A stretch of 24,000 bases of DNA from Lysobacterales bacterium (GTDB lineage: Bacteria > Pseudomonadota > Gammaproteobacteria > Xanthomonadales > Ahniellaceae): the NCBI GenBank assembly GCA_050173995.1, contig JBFXKH010000025.1, forward strand, positions 5,349-29,348, written 5' to 3'. The notes below the pieces were generated by a model. The model did not search any database. It saw nothing but the letters and a program-made list of their open reading frames with translations, and was not told the origin of the DNA. Numbering within the stretch: position 1 is the first letter of the stretch; every line of letters starts with the position of its first letter. Of this stretch, positions 8,720 through 16,225 are shown piece after piece. The position numbers and the translations under genes were made by a program.

Positions 8720-11700
8720 ATGTGGAAAATCGTGCGTGGTCTGTTGGGTCTGGGTCTTGCGTCTGCGCTTTGGGCAACGGCCAAGGCCGAACCCTGGTCG
8801 GTGCTGGCCGACCCCGACCCGCAGCCGGTGGCGACGTTCTCACCCACGGCGTTGTCCGAAATGCGTGCCGATGGTTATTGGGCATCGGGTTTCGCGCAGA
8901 ATCCGGCGGATGGATCGACCTCGGCAGCGGTCGGTCGTTTCGATGCGAACGGCAACTTGCAGCGTTGGTCCTTCGATGGCGGATTCTCAAAAAAACTTCT
9001 GGCCGATGGTGGCTTCGTCTACGCCAGCGTGCGCGAGACCGAAGGGCCGTCGACTGAATTTCCCCGAACGTTCTGCATGGTGGTTCGGGTAAGCGCGGAC
9101 GGTCGGACGCAGTGGCAGACGGTGCTCGACGGAAGATTTTGCCACGCAGTCGAAATCGACGCGGCTGGCGAGATATGGGTCGGCGTCAGCGACAACGTGA
9201 TCCCCGATCAGTCCAACTTCCTCAACATGGATAACATCACCGTCGCGCAGGTGGTGCGCCTGCACGATGACGGCCGTATCGCGGCGCGTATCGCGCTTGA
9301 TGTCCCGTCACAGCGCGTGGTCGAGATGCGCGCCGACCCGGCTGGTGCGGGCGTGTTTTTGGCCGTCCACCACGCCGAGCCCGGCAAGCCGCAGGCGGTG
9401 CGAATCGGCGTTCGGCGATTGCGTGCGGACGGCAGTGTCGATTGGCAGTGGCAATCGGGCAAGTTGGCGGCGGCGAGCGGCAATCATGCGTTGGCGAGCG
9501 GCATCACCCAATTCCGGGTATCGGCGAGCGCCGGCATCTTCGCCATCAGTAGCCGGTTTTCGTCGGACCCATCCATCGGCAACGCCAAGGACTGGCTGGC
9601 GGTGGGCTTGAGCCTGGCCGGCGTGCCGCGCTTCGACAAGACCATCAGCTTCGACAATGCCGTGTACGTTGCTGGGGTCAGCGCGCCGGACGCGGCCGGC
9701 CTGTGGCTGGTGGTGGCATGGGGTAACCGCAGCGACGGGGCGCAGGGCGGCAAGGTCGCCGTGGCACGGCTGTCTGGCGCCGGCAAGCTGGGTTCCAGCC
9801 ACCGGATCGATAACGCCCAGGACTGCATCTGCCAGTTGGCCCTGCGTCGGGACGGCGGCCTGTGGTTATCGGTCTTCGACCGAACCGCCATCCTCGTCGG
9901 TGTCGATGCCAAGGGCCGCGAGCACGCGCGGCTGGATGGCATCAGTCAAGGTCCGTTCGACCTGTTGTCCGACGACCGCGCCCTGGTCATCACCGGCGGC
10001 TCGCGATCGCAACCGATGCGGGCGGTGCGGGTCGGATTCGACCAGCCGAACGAGCCCTGGCCGCAGTTGACGCTGCCGGTGCGTCGGCGGTTGGTTTCGG
10101 TTGAAGCAGTAGCCAGCGACGGCGGGGTCGCGCAATGGGAAGAGCTGCCTTCGCCGGATGGCAACGCGATCACCTCGGCGTTGACCTTTCGCAGCAGCGA
10201 TACCGCCCCTGTCGCGTGGCGGATCGCGTTTCCGTTTTACGGCGACATCCGCCTGAGCGTTTCGCGCAGCATGCTGTGCCTGTCTGGCATGTTGCGTGAT
10301 AGCAACATCCGGGATTTTGTTCTGCAGTGTCGCCGCCGAGCTGATGGCAGCGTGCTCTGGCAAGATGTCCGACCACTGCAACCGGGCGAGTTCATAAACC
10401 GGTTCCTGGACGTCACCGCGCTGGACGATGGCGGTGCGGTGGCGATCCGTGGCGTGCTCGGCAGCGTGCAGCATTGGCTGATTGGCGATGATGGCCAGGT
10501 TCTGTCCGAACAAACGCTCCCCTTGCTTGGTTCCTCCCAGCAGGAACTGGAAATCACGCGTGCGAACATCAACACCCATGGCGATACCCTGCTCGCCAGT
10601 TTTGATAGTACAAAACGTGACGGCATCCTGCTGCGCCTGGATCGTGATGGCCAGGAACGCTTCCGGACGGCGTTCGAAGGTGTTTTCTTGACCTATGGCG
10701 ATATCACTCAGGATCGACTCGCTTTTGCGGACGATGCTGGCGCGATCATGTACGGCAGCGTGATCACACGCTATTCGGCGAATGGTGAGAAGCTTTGGGA
10801 ACTGGTGCCCGATCGACCGATCGTCGATCTGGTCGTGGATGGCGATACGATCGTGTACAGCATGCGTTCGGACGATCAATTTACCTTCGCGTTGGTACCG
10901 GGCAACTGGGAGCTGGTGGCCGTGGACAGCGCCAGCGGTGGCGAGCGCTGGCGCTTGCCGCTCGACGCTTCGTTCCGCCAGTCGGCCAGCATCGCAGCGT
11001 TGGCTGGGCGGCGCCTGGCGGTTTTGCAGACCGAGACCAGCCATCTGCGTTACCGCGAGTTGGATGTCGCCACCGGCACGCCGCTGCGCGAGCAGACCGA
11101 TGTCTGCGGCGGTGAATCGTGCGGTTGCGAAACCAATGCCTGCCGCCCGCGACCCCTTCGGCCGGGCGCGATTGCCCGGCCGACGCTGTCGCTGCAACCG
11201 GCCGCTTTAGGCCTGCGCGCCCGGCTCGATACGTTTCAGCTCGGGGCCGGCTGGGGATCGAGCGTTCTGGAACTGGCCGATGCCGGTCAGGATCCGGCCA
11301 CGGTGCGCGCCGATCAAGCGGGCATCAACGGCGCCTGGTTTGCGCCCTGGGCCAACGGCCAGGGGCTGGTGTTCGACTGGATCGCGGACGCTCGCATCCT
11401 GTTCGCCCCGTGGTTCACCTTTGCTCCGGAAGGCGGCAACGACCCGAGCGGGCTGCGCTGGTACACCCTGCAAGGCGAATTGGCCGATCCCAGTACGGGC
11501 GCGACGCTCGGCATCTTCAGCAATGAAAGCGGTCGCTTCGGCGTCGGCATCAGCGCGCCGCGGCAGGTGGGTTCGGCCGAGCTCAGCTTCGAGAGTTGCG
11601 AGCGCGCGCAATTTCGCTACCAATTCGACCCCGACGAAAACCACGGCTTGCGTGGCCTGGTCACCCTGTCGCGGCTGACGCCGGGCCTCGCCTGCAGCGA

Positions 11701-12169
11701 CGCGCCCGGCGCGCCCGGCGCGGCCGTGCCGGCCCCGCCCGCCACCGTACCGAACGCCCTCGACGCCAGTTTGGACGGCGCCTGGTTCGATCCGGCCAGC
11801 AGCGGCCAGGGCCTGACCTTCACCACCATCCCGGCCTCGAACCCGGCCGAAGGCATCCTGTTTGCCGCCTGGTTCACCTACGACACCGAAGCCGCCCCGG
11901 ACGACCCGCGCCAGCAACACTGGTTCACCCTGCAGGGCCCGCTCGGCAGCAGCGACCAGACCACCTTGGCCATCGTCCGCACCACCGGTGGCGCCCTGTT
12001 GACCCAGCCAACCAACAACAACCAACAGGTCGGCACCGCGACCGTCACCCGGCTCGGCTGCGATCGCCTGCGTCTGGATTACCAGTTTGATGACAACGAT
12101 CGGGCCGGACCGTACCGGCGTATCAGCGACTTCCGCGAATTGCAGCGCATCGGCGGTTGCGCCCACTGA
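8720..12169 (+). CDS. large secreted protein, beta-propeller-like repeats plus duplicated C-terminal domain, function unknown
   Basis: ATG at 8720 is preceded by AAGGA at 8706-8710. The signal peptide is MWKIVRGLLGLGLASALWATAKA. Recurrent G-x-x-(L/R)W / DG-x-x-x-W strand motifs resemble PQQ/BamB-type propellers. Two homologous ~130-aa C-terminal modules lie at ~11321-11690 and ~11771-12166. Confidence 0.8.
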   Translation: MWKIVRGLLGLGLASALWATAKAEPWSVLADPDPQPVATFSPTALSEMRADGYWASGFAQNPADGSTSAAVGRFDANGNLQRWSFDGGFSKKLLADGGFVYASVRETEGPSTEFPRTFCMVVRVSADGRTQWQTVLDGRFCHAVEIDAAGEIWVGVSDNVIPDQSNFLNMDNITVAQVVRLHDDGRIAARIALDVPSQRVVEMRADPAGAGVFLAVHHAEPGKPQAVRIGVRRLRADGSVDWQWQSGKLAAASGNHALASGITQFRVSASAGIFAISSRFSSDPSIGNAKDWLAVGLSLAGVPRFDKTISFDNAVYVAGVSAPDAAGLWLVVAWGNRSDGAQGGKVAVARLSGAGKLGSSHRIDNAQDCICQLALRRDGGLWLSVFDRTAILVGVDAKGREHARLDGISQGPFDLLSDDRALVITGGSRSQPMRAVRVGFDQPNEPWPQLTLPVRRRLVSVEAVASDGGVAQWEELPSPDGNAITSALTFRSSDTAPVAWRIAFPFYGDIRLSVSRSMLCLSGMLRDSNIRDFVLQCRRRADGSVLWQDVRPLQPGEFINRFLDVTALDDGGAVAIRGVLGSVQHWLIGDDGQVLSEQTLPLLGSSQQELEITRANINTHGDTLLASFDSTKRDGILLRLDRDGQERFRTAFEGVFLTYGDITQDRLAFADDAGAIMYGSVITRYSANGEKLWELVPDRPIVDLVVDGDTIVYSMRSDDQFTFALVPGNWELVAVDSASGGERWRLPLDASFRQSASIAALAGRRLAVLQTETSHLRYRELDVATGTPLREQTDVCGGESCGCETNACRPRPLRPGAIARPTLSLQPAALGLRARLDTFQLGAGWGSSVLELADAGQDPATVRADQAGINGAWFAPWANGQGLVFDWIADARILFAPWFTFAPEGGNDPSGLRWYTLQGELADPSTGATLGIFSNESGRFGVGISAPRQVGSAELSFESCERAQFRYQFDPDENHGLRGLVTLSRLTPGLACSDAPGAPGAAVPAPPATVPNALDASLDGAWFDPASSGQGLTFTTIPASNPAEGILFAAWFTYDTEAAPDDPRQQHWFTLQGPLGSSDQTTLAIVRTTGGALLTQPTNNNQQVGTATVTRLGCDRLRLDYQFDDNDRAGPYRRISDFRELQRIGGCAH

Positions 12170-12311
12170 TCGCGGCCGGCGCGGCGGCAACGGACACATT
12201 GCCAGTAGCCAAGCCAGATCGCCCACCCCGGCAGCGCCGAGCACCAGCTCGGCAACGCCGTCCACCGCCATCGCAACAGCGAAGCGCACCACCGCACCAC
12301 CGCATCACCAC

Positions 12312-12485
12312 CGACCCGACCATCACAGGCAATCGCAGCTCGATCGCCCGGACGCTTCCGCCGACCCAGCCACGGAAAGCGCGGTTCCGCAATCCATCGC
12401 TCCCCCCACACCCGGCACCCGACCCACAGCAACCCTCGAAAATCATGGCTGTCCCGGCTTGCGCCTGATCGAGCAGGCGCGGCGG
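12312..12485 (-). pseudogene. possible degenerate N-terminal relic of an integron integrase (very tentative)
   Basis: The minus-frame translation gives PPRLLDQ (12485-12465). It then gives LRNRAFRGWVGGSVRAIELRLPVMVGS (12392-12312). The second stretch aligns without internal gaps to the IntI1 segment [28 protein letters not shown] as I recall it, about 10 identities. Position and orientation, immediately left of the first cassette, are right for intI. Arg/Ala/Gly-rich chance matches are likely at this GC, and the spacing between the two pieces is wrong. Confidence 0.2.
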
Positions 12486-12698
12486 GTTCGCGCTCGCGGC
12501 ATGCTGACCATGGCGCGCATTGTTACCACCGATGCCGAGATCGGAATGCGTGTCAGTGAAACAACGCCAGCACACTTGCCAGTCGAATTCGAGGCGACTA
12601 ATCTGCCTGTGAAGGTACTGCGGTACGATGGTTTCATGCGCCTGCTTCCCGCCGAAAGACATTGCAAGGATAGGCTGCAAGGATCGGCGGCAACATCG

Positions 12699-12722
12699 GC
12701 GTAACACCATGATTCGTTTAGG
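12699..12722 (+). other. candidate attI-like simple site / first cassette junction
   Basis: The sequence is GCGTAAC-N10-GTTTAGG. The TTAGGA at 12717-12722 nearly matches the TTAGGC expected from the R'' box (GCCTAAC) of the first attC. The match is imperfect and not verifiable by eye. Confidence 0.2.
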
Positions 12723-12986
12723 AGTTTTCCTACAAGCAACGATCCTGGCGCTGTGATAGGCTGCGGGAACACATGGCGATTCGTCGCCGACTGGGTGGTT
12801 GGCAGCACAAACAACTAAACTCGCACTTGCCGAAACGCGGAAATCGCGTCTCTCAGAGGTGGCCTCCTGAGACTGATGATGGCGGGCTATACACATGCGG
12901 TATTTGGCCCCGCGGGTTTCCTGCTAGGGTTTGTAGTTACCGAGGTGATCGCTCTTCTATCTGAAATCACAAAGGAGGATATGCAC

Positions 12987-13187
12987 ATGGTCCAAAAGGC
13001 AGCCGTATCAAGTGGGAAGCAGCTATGGTCATGCGTCAAAAGTTCTACCAAGCGCCTCATCGCGTTTTGGGAGGCTCACCTTCCTTACAGGCAAAGCCTG
13101 CTGATGAGCTTGTGCAACTCAAGCGAAAAGGCCCTGAGATTGCTGCCTAACAATTCGTTCAAGGCGGACGCCTCCGGCGCCGCTTAA
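12987..13187 (+). CDS. hypothetical small protein (cassette 1)
   Basis: AAAGGAGG at 12971-12978 sits 8 nt before ATG 12987. The 66-aa product is MVQKAAVSSGKQLW.... The C-terminal codons (LPNNSFKADASGAA) are encoded by the attC itself. A longer in-frame start at 12876 would add a hydrophobic N-terminus but lacks an SD. Confidence 0.45.
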   Translation: MVQKAAVSSGKQLWSCVKSSTKRLIAFWEAHLPYRQSLLMSLCNSSEKALRLLPNNSFKADASGAA

Positions 13188-13201
13188 CTCAAACGTTAGG
13201 C
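13145..13201 (+). repeat. attC site 1 (57 bp)
   Basis: GCCTAAC aattcgttcaaggcggacgcctccggcgccgcttaactcaaac GTTAGGC. R'' (RYYYAAC) and R' (GTTRRRY) flank an imperfect internal palindrome. Closely resembles the aadA-type 59-base element as I recall it. Confidence 0.85.
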
Positions 13202-13216
13202 CACTATGGAGGCCAT

Positions 13217-13582
13217 GTGATCACCATAAAGACAGGAAGATTCGACGTCCTAGAAACCAAGACGCTACTTATTCCTGGCCTGGGCGAAACCAAGATTACG
13301 ATCAATCATGGCATTGAAGAAATTTCGTTCATCTTTGATTTTCGTATCGATGATAAATCGGAGCAGCAGCTCAACTATGAGTTGGTAGATGATCAACAGC
13401 TCCGCATAGTACTTATAAATTGGGGTGGCCCTTTCCCCACAACTCCTATTGAGCCGGTTCCAGTAGGAACAATTGGCAACAGAGAACTCTTTATTCTTTT
13501 TTCAGCTGCTAAGGCGGGAGACAAGGCGGAGATTCGCCAGCTAACCTTTACGGCCCTCCTGGGGGAGGTCGCAAATGGCTAA
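13217..13582 (+). CDS. hypothetical 121-aa soluble protein (cassette 2, gene 1)
   Basis: GTG at 13217 lies 4 nt after GGAGG (13208-13212). The sequence alternates hydrophobic and polar residues and looks beta-rich (ITIKTGRFDVLETKTLLIPGLGETKITINHG...LRIVLINWGG...). I recognise no family. Lower GC than the surrounding core DNA. Confidence 0.65.
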   Translation: MITIKTGRFDVLETKTLLIPGLGETKITINHGIEEISFIFDFRIDDKSEQQLNYELVDDQQLRIVLINWGGPFPTTPIEPVPVGTIGNRELFILFSAAKAGDKAEIRQLTFTALLGEVANG

Positions 13583-13841
13583 GTTGGTCGTACGTACGAG
13601 CGTTTCGGCTCCTACTGAAATCAACATCCCGTTGATCCGTGCGGATCATGCACACACCTCCCATGTATTCAGAACCTGCTTCGAAGTCTCTCTCTCTATC
13701 TTTTCAACTCTCCTAGGCTACGTGTTGGGCCTCTCAAGTACCATTCGCATCCATTGGGTGTTTCTCGGCGTATTTGCGCTTGCCACACTCGCATTTCTCG
13801 CTCTCTCTTACAGAGCTAGCAGCACTGCAAAAGTGGCCTAA
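13575..13841 (+). CDS. hypothetical 88-aa membrane protein, two predicted TM helices (cassette 2, gene 2)
   Basis: The ATG at 13575 overlaps the upstream stop (ATGGCTAA, 8-nt overlap). Hydrophobic stretches are FEVSLSIFSTLLGYVLGL and IHWVFLGVFALATLAFLAL. The stop TAA lies inside the R'' box of attC 2. Confidence 0.6.
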   Translation: MAKLVVRTSVSAPTEINIPLIRADHAHTSHVFRTCFEVSLSIFSTLLGYVLGLSSTIRIHWVFLGVFALATLAFLALSYRASSTAKVA

Positions 13842-13892
13842 CTATTCATTCAATCCGACGCCTTTGGCGCGGCTTAGCTCAAGACGTTAGCT
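13836..13892 (+). repeat. attC site 2 (57 bp)
   Basis: GCCTAAC tattcattcaatccgacgcctttggcgcggcttagctcaagac GTTAGCT. Its R'' GCCTAAC is complementary to the TTAGGC that starts this cassette at 13196. Confidence 0.85.
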
Positions 13893-13896
13893 GTCA

Positions 13897-14745
13897 ATGA
13901 GAGGTTCTCAGCACATGGATAAACAGCAGGCACTAGATCAGCTGGACAAGTTCAAACATCGTCTGGTCGCTGATGTGGCAGGTGCGTACGCGCAGCGTGG
14001 CTCTGACTTTGGGCGAGAGCGCTTTGCTGCTTGGCGACGCCAGATCGATAAGTTCCTAGACGAGAATCTTCCCGGCGCACGCGCAATGCTGGACAAAAAA
14101 TTGGACCACGGCGTCTTCTTTCGTGGCAGATCAGAGGGCGACTATGATGTATTCATGCGCGAGGATGGAGGGCCATCTTTGGCATTAATCGACTCTCTTT
14201 GTTTAGACATCAAGAATGACGAGTACGATTTTTCACGAGAAGTACCCCATCAGAACGCTGCTGAAACAAAAAAAGCAAGGAAATCTGCCCCAGAGAATTC
14301 AACTCGAGTATTCATTGTCCACGGTCATGATGAAACTTTAAAGACAAAGGCGGCGCGGTTTGTTGAAAAGTTAGGGTTAAAAGCGGTAATTCTTCATGAG
14401 CAGGCCAATCAGGGCCATACAATTATTGAGAAAATTGAGGCGCACACAGATGTAGGGTTCGCAATCGTTCTATACACACCAGATGATGCTGGTAGCACCC
14501 AGGCAGAAGCCAAAGCTGGAACACTGAAGCCAAGAGCAAGGCAAAACGTCGTTTTTGAACACGGCTACCTCATCGCCAAACTTTCACGGGCAAGAGTAGT
14601 TCCTCTGGTGGCAGCAAAATTAGAACTTCCAAGCGACATTAGCGGTGTCGTTTACGTGGACGACACGAACTGGCAAATAGATATTGCAAAGGAAATGAAA
14701 GCCGCTGGCTACAGTATTGACTTCAATAAGCTAGTTGACAGCTAA
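13897..14745 (+). CDS. TIR-like domain protein (CAP12/PycTIR-type, COG4271-like) with uncharacterised N-terminal helical domain
   Basis: The C-terminal ~140 aa read RVFIVHGHDETLKTKAARFVEKLGL..VILHEQANQGHTIIEKIE...GFAIVLYTPDD...ARQNVVFEHGYLIAKLSRARVVPLV...ELPSDISGVVYV. This matches the bacterial TIR-like family, including the conserved Glu (E221, codon 14557-14559). The N-terminal ~135 aa have no motif I recognise. An alternative start is ATG 13915. The stop TAA lies in the R'' of attC 3. Confidence 0.82.
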   Translation: MRGSQHMDKQQALDQLDKFKHRLVADVAGAYAQRGSDFGRERFAAWRRQIDKFLDENLPGARAMLDKKLDHGVFFRGRSEGDYDVFMREDGGPSLALIDSLCLDIKNDEYDFSREVPHQNAAETKKARKSAPENSTRVFIVHGHDETLKTKAARFVEKLGLKAVILHEQANQGHTIIEKIEAHTDVGFAIVLYTPDDAGSTQAEAKAGTLKPRARQNVVFEHGYLIAKLSRARVVPLVAAKLELPSDISGVVYVDDTNWQIDIAKEMKAAGYSIDFNKLVDS

Positions 14746-14799
14746 CAAGTCATTCAAGCCGACGCCGCTTCGCGGCGCGGCTTAATTCAGGCGTTAGGC
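14740..14799 (+). repeat. attC site 3 (60 bp)
   Basis: AGCTAAC aagtcattcaagccgacgccgcttcgcggcgcggcttaattcaggc GTTAGGC. Its R'' AGCTAAC is complementary to the TTAGCT that starts this cassette at 13887. Confidence 0.88.
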
Positions 14800-14815
14800 A
14801 ACAAGGTTAAATCTC

Positions 14816-15040
14816 ATGATCGACTTCTCAGCCGCAACGGCCCAGGAACTTGGCAAGCACAAGCAACACTTCCCATCTGGGAGTGACATAACAAAGCTCG
14901 CAAAGCTCGGGACACCCTCTTTTCAGCAGGCGCCCGAACCGACACGGTTGGAAGCCCAGCCCCCCCCACTCTTCCTATGCCCACAGGATGGGACGAATGG
15001 CCAGGTCAACGCAGTCCGCTGGTCGGCACGATCTGGTTGA
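14816..15040 (+). CDS. hypothetical 74-aa ORF (cassette 4, possibly truncated)
   Basis: The ORF follows attC 3 by 16 nt with a weak AAGG upstream. I recognise no family. It has no canonical attC of its own and runs straight into direct repeat A, so it may be a remnant. Confidence 0.25.
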   Translation: MIDFSAATAQELGKHKQHFPSGSDITKLAKLGTPSFQQAPEPTRLEAQPPPLFLCPQDGTNGQVNAVRWSARSG

Positions 15041-15221
15041 TGCGCTGATGGTCTGAACCGTTCGCCGGTTTGTCCTTTCCGTCATCTGACGCCACCGCGC
15101 CAGGCAAAAAGTGGACCGCCGACTGCCGTCCCTCCAACTGCCGTCCTCCGTCGATCCAAGGGCCGCGCTATGATTTTGGCTGCACGGCCGCTGCCTTGGG
15201 GATTCGTAGTTGTAGCGGCTT

Positions 15222-15282
15222 GGTTCGACCTTTCGCTCAAGCCGACGCCGCTTCACGGCACGGCCCACTTCAGGCGTTCGCC
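15222..15282 (+). repeat. degenerate attC-like element A
   Basis: ggttcgacctttcgctCAAGCCGACGCCGCTTCACGGCACGGCCCACTTCAGGC GTTCGCC. The central palindrome and a GTT-type R' box are conserved. The R'' position reads GGTTCGA, not RYYYAAC. Confidence 0.4.
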
Positions 15283-15288
15283 ACCACC

Positions 15289-15436
15289 ATGCAGGTCTCC
15301 GGCATCTGTCATTTCAATCTGCGAGCGCCGCGCGAGCTGCTCGATTCTCTGCGCGACTTCTACTGAGAGGTCGTTGGCCTTTCGGTCGGCGTTCGCCCGG
15401 CGTTCTCCAGCTTCGGCTACTCGGCAGCAAGGACGT
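15289..15436 (+). pseudogene. truncated duplicate of the VOC/glyoxalase gene
   Basis: MQVSGICHFNLRAPRELLDSLRDFY is followed by a stop at 15364-15366. Nucleotide homology to 16479-16636 continues past the stop with an ~11-nt deletion, then is lost at ~15437. Confidence 0.75.
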
Positions 15437-15519
15437 CGTCGTCGATGGCGAGTGTCGTGCGCATGATCGGCTCCTGATGGCGCACACCGTACTTCAGGCA
15501 TCGCGTCAACAAGCCAGGA

Positions 15520-15732
15520 TTATGCAGCGATGTCGATGTACTCAACTACACTGGCAGGCGCCGGAATCGGCATTCCGTCTTCACGCAACCCGGCGATGTG
15601 AAAGGCGATGGCCTCCCGGATATCGCGCTCTACGTCAGCCACCGTCGCGCCGGTTGCTATGCAGCCCGGAAGGTCGGGGACATAGGCGGAATAATTGCCC
15701 GGGGCTTGCTCAATCACTACGGCAAAACGCAT
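15520..15732 (-). CDS. hicB: HicB-family antitoxin (short, UPF0150-type)
   Basis: MRFAVVIEQAPGNYSAYVPDLPGCIATGATVADVERDIREAIAFHIAGLREDGMPIP is the canonical HicB N-terminal domain. It starts 5 nt downstream of the hicA stop codon. Confidence 0.85.
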   Translation of the reverse strand: MRFAVVIEQAPGNYSAYVPDLPGCIATGATVADVERDIREAIAFHIAGLREDGMPIPAPASVVEYIDIAA

Positions 15733-15737
15733 CGGGT

Positions 15738-15938
15738 CTACCTCTTCAGGCCAGCCTGCTTAAGGATGCTGTCGATTGTACCAGCGCCAAGGTCATCGCT
15801 GGGTTTTCCGGCAACCGTGACCCGGCCAGGCTTCGCAGGATGTTTGAACTGCCTATGGCTACCGCGAGTTGCCACCAAGACCCAGCCATCGTCCTTGAGG
15901 CGACGCAGAACTCCGCTGACTTTGGCGGTTGGCGGCAC
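15738..15938 (-). CDS. hicA: HicA-family mRNA interferase toxin
   Basis: VLRRLKDDGWVLVATRGSHRQFKHPAKPGRVTVAGKPSDDLGAGTIDSILKQAGL carries the HicA signature, including GSH-x-F-x-HP. The GTG start at 15938 lies 7 nt after GGGAGG. Confidence 0.85.
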   Translation of the reverse strand: MPPTAKVSGVLRRLKDDGWVLVATRGSHRQFKHPAKPGRVTVAGKPSDDLGAGTIDSILKQAGLKR

Positions 15939-16033
15939 CCAGGAACCTCCCTATCGAAAACCTATCGTCCGGCATCGCCTGCGGGCGAAAGCCGGTAAAG
16001 GCCGCAGTCGCTGGTCGGAGGCACGCAGTTGTT

Positions 16034-16225
16034 GGACGAAGCCGTTACGCGGAGGAAGCCTACTGCGGCACCTGTTCGGTCAGGATGATACATCGCCGCC
16101 ACGGTCGGTGGATCGCCAAAATCAGCGGCTGTGGTGATCGGTGGAACCCAGACGCGCTGGCGCTTGCTGCGCCAAGATACTGGCCCATGGAGTGCGTCGC
16201 TGCGCGCCGCTTGGTCTGAACCGAT
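16034..16225 (+). repeat. ~190-bp dispersed element, copy 1
   Basis: Aligns by eye at about 70-75% with 18957-19146 (ggacgaagccg.tacgcgga..aagcc..actgcggc.cctgt..gg..aggatgatac...). In both places it abuts the 5' side of a minus-strand toxin module. Confidence 0.55.

Larger units (their letters stand above)
15041..15436 (+). repeat. direct repeat copy A (~396 bp)
   Basis: Aligns by eye at roughly 85% with 16201-16636. Both share tggtctgaacc, GACTGCC/GTCCTCC heptamer runs, atcgatccaagggccgcg.tatgattttggctgcacggccgctg, an attC-like element, and the first ~150 nt of the VOC gene. Confidence 0.8.

Noticed and set aside
7605-9092. 495-aa plus-strand ORF spanning the end of purF, the DUF455 gene and the REP region
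   Set aside because: It is an alternate frame of DUF455, with an extreme Arg/Pro composition. It crosses a clear intergenic REP element and the signal-peptide start of the next gene.
9866-12292. Long minus-strand ORFs (9866-11197 and 11207-12292) opposite the 1149-aa secreted-protein gene
   Set aside because: There are no motifs. They are antisense to an ORF that has a signal peptide, an SD and internally consistent domain repeats.
12123-12896. 257-aa minus-strand ORF as a real gene at the array's left end
   Set aside because: The composition is GC-frame noise (runs of R/G/C). It crosses the GC transition and the candidate attI. Only a short internal stretch is retained as a very tentative intI relic.
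13145-14799. Regularly recurring ~60-bp repeats as a CRISPR array
   Set aside because: The repeats are imperfect palindromes with RYYYAAC/GTTRRRY ends and differ from each other. The spacers are 635-850 bp and contain ORFs with SDs. This is attC/cassette architecture, not CRISPR.
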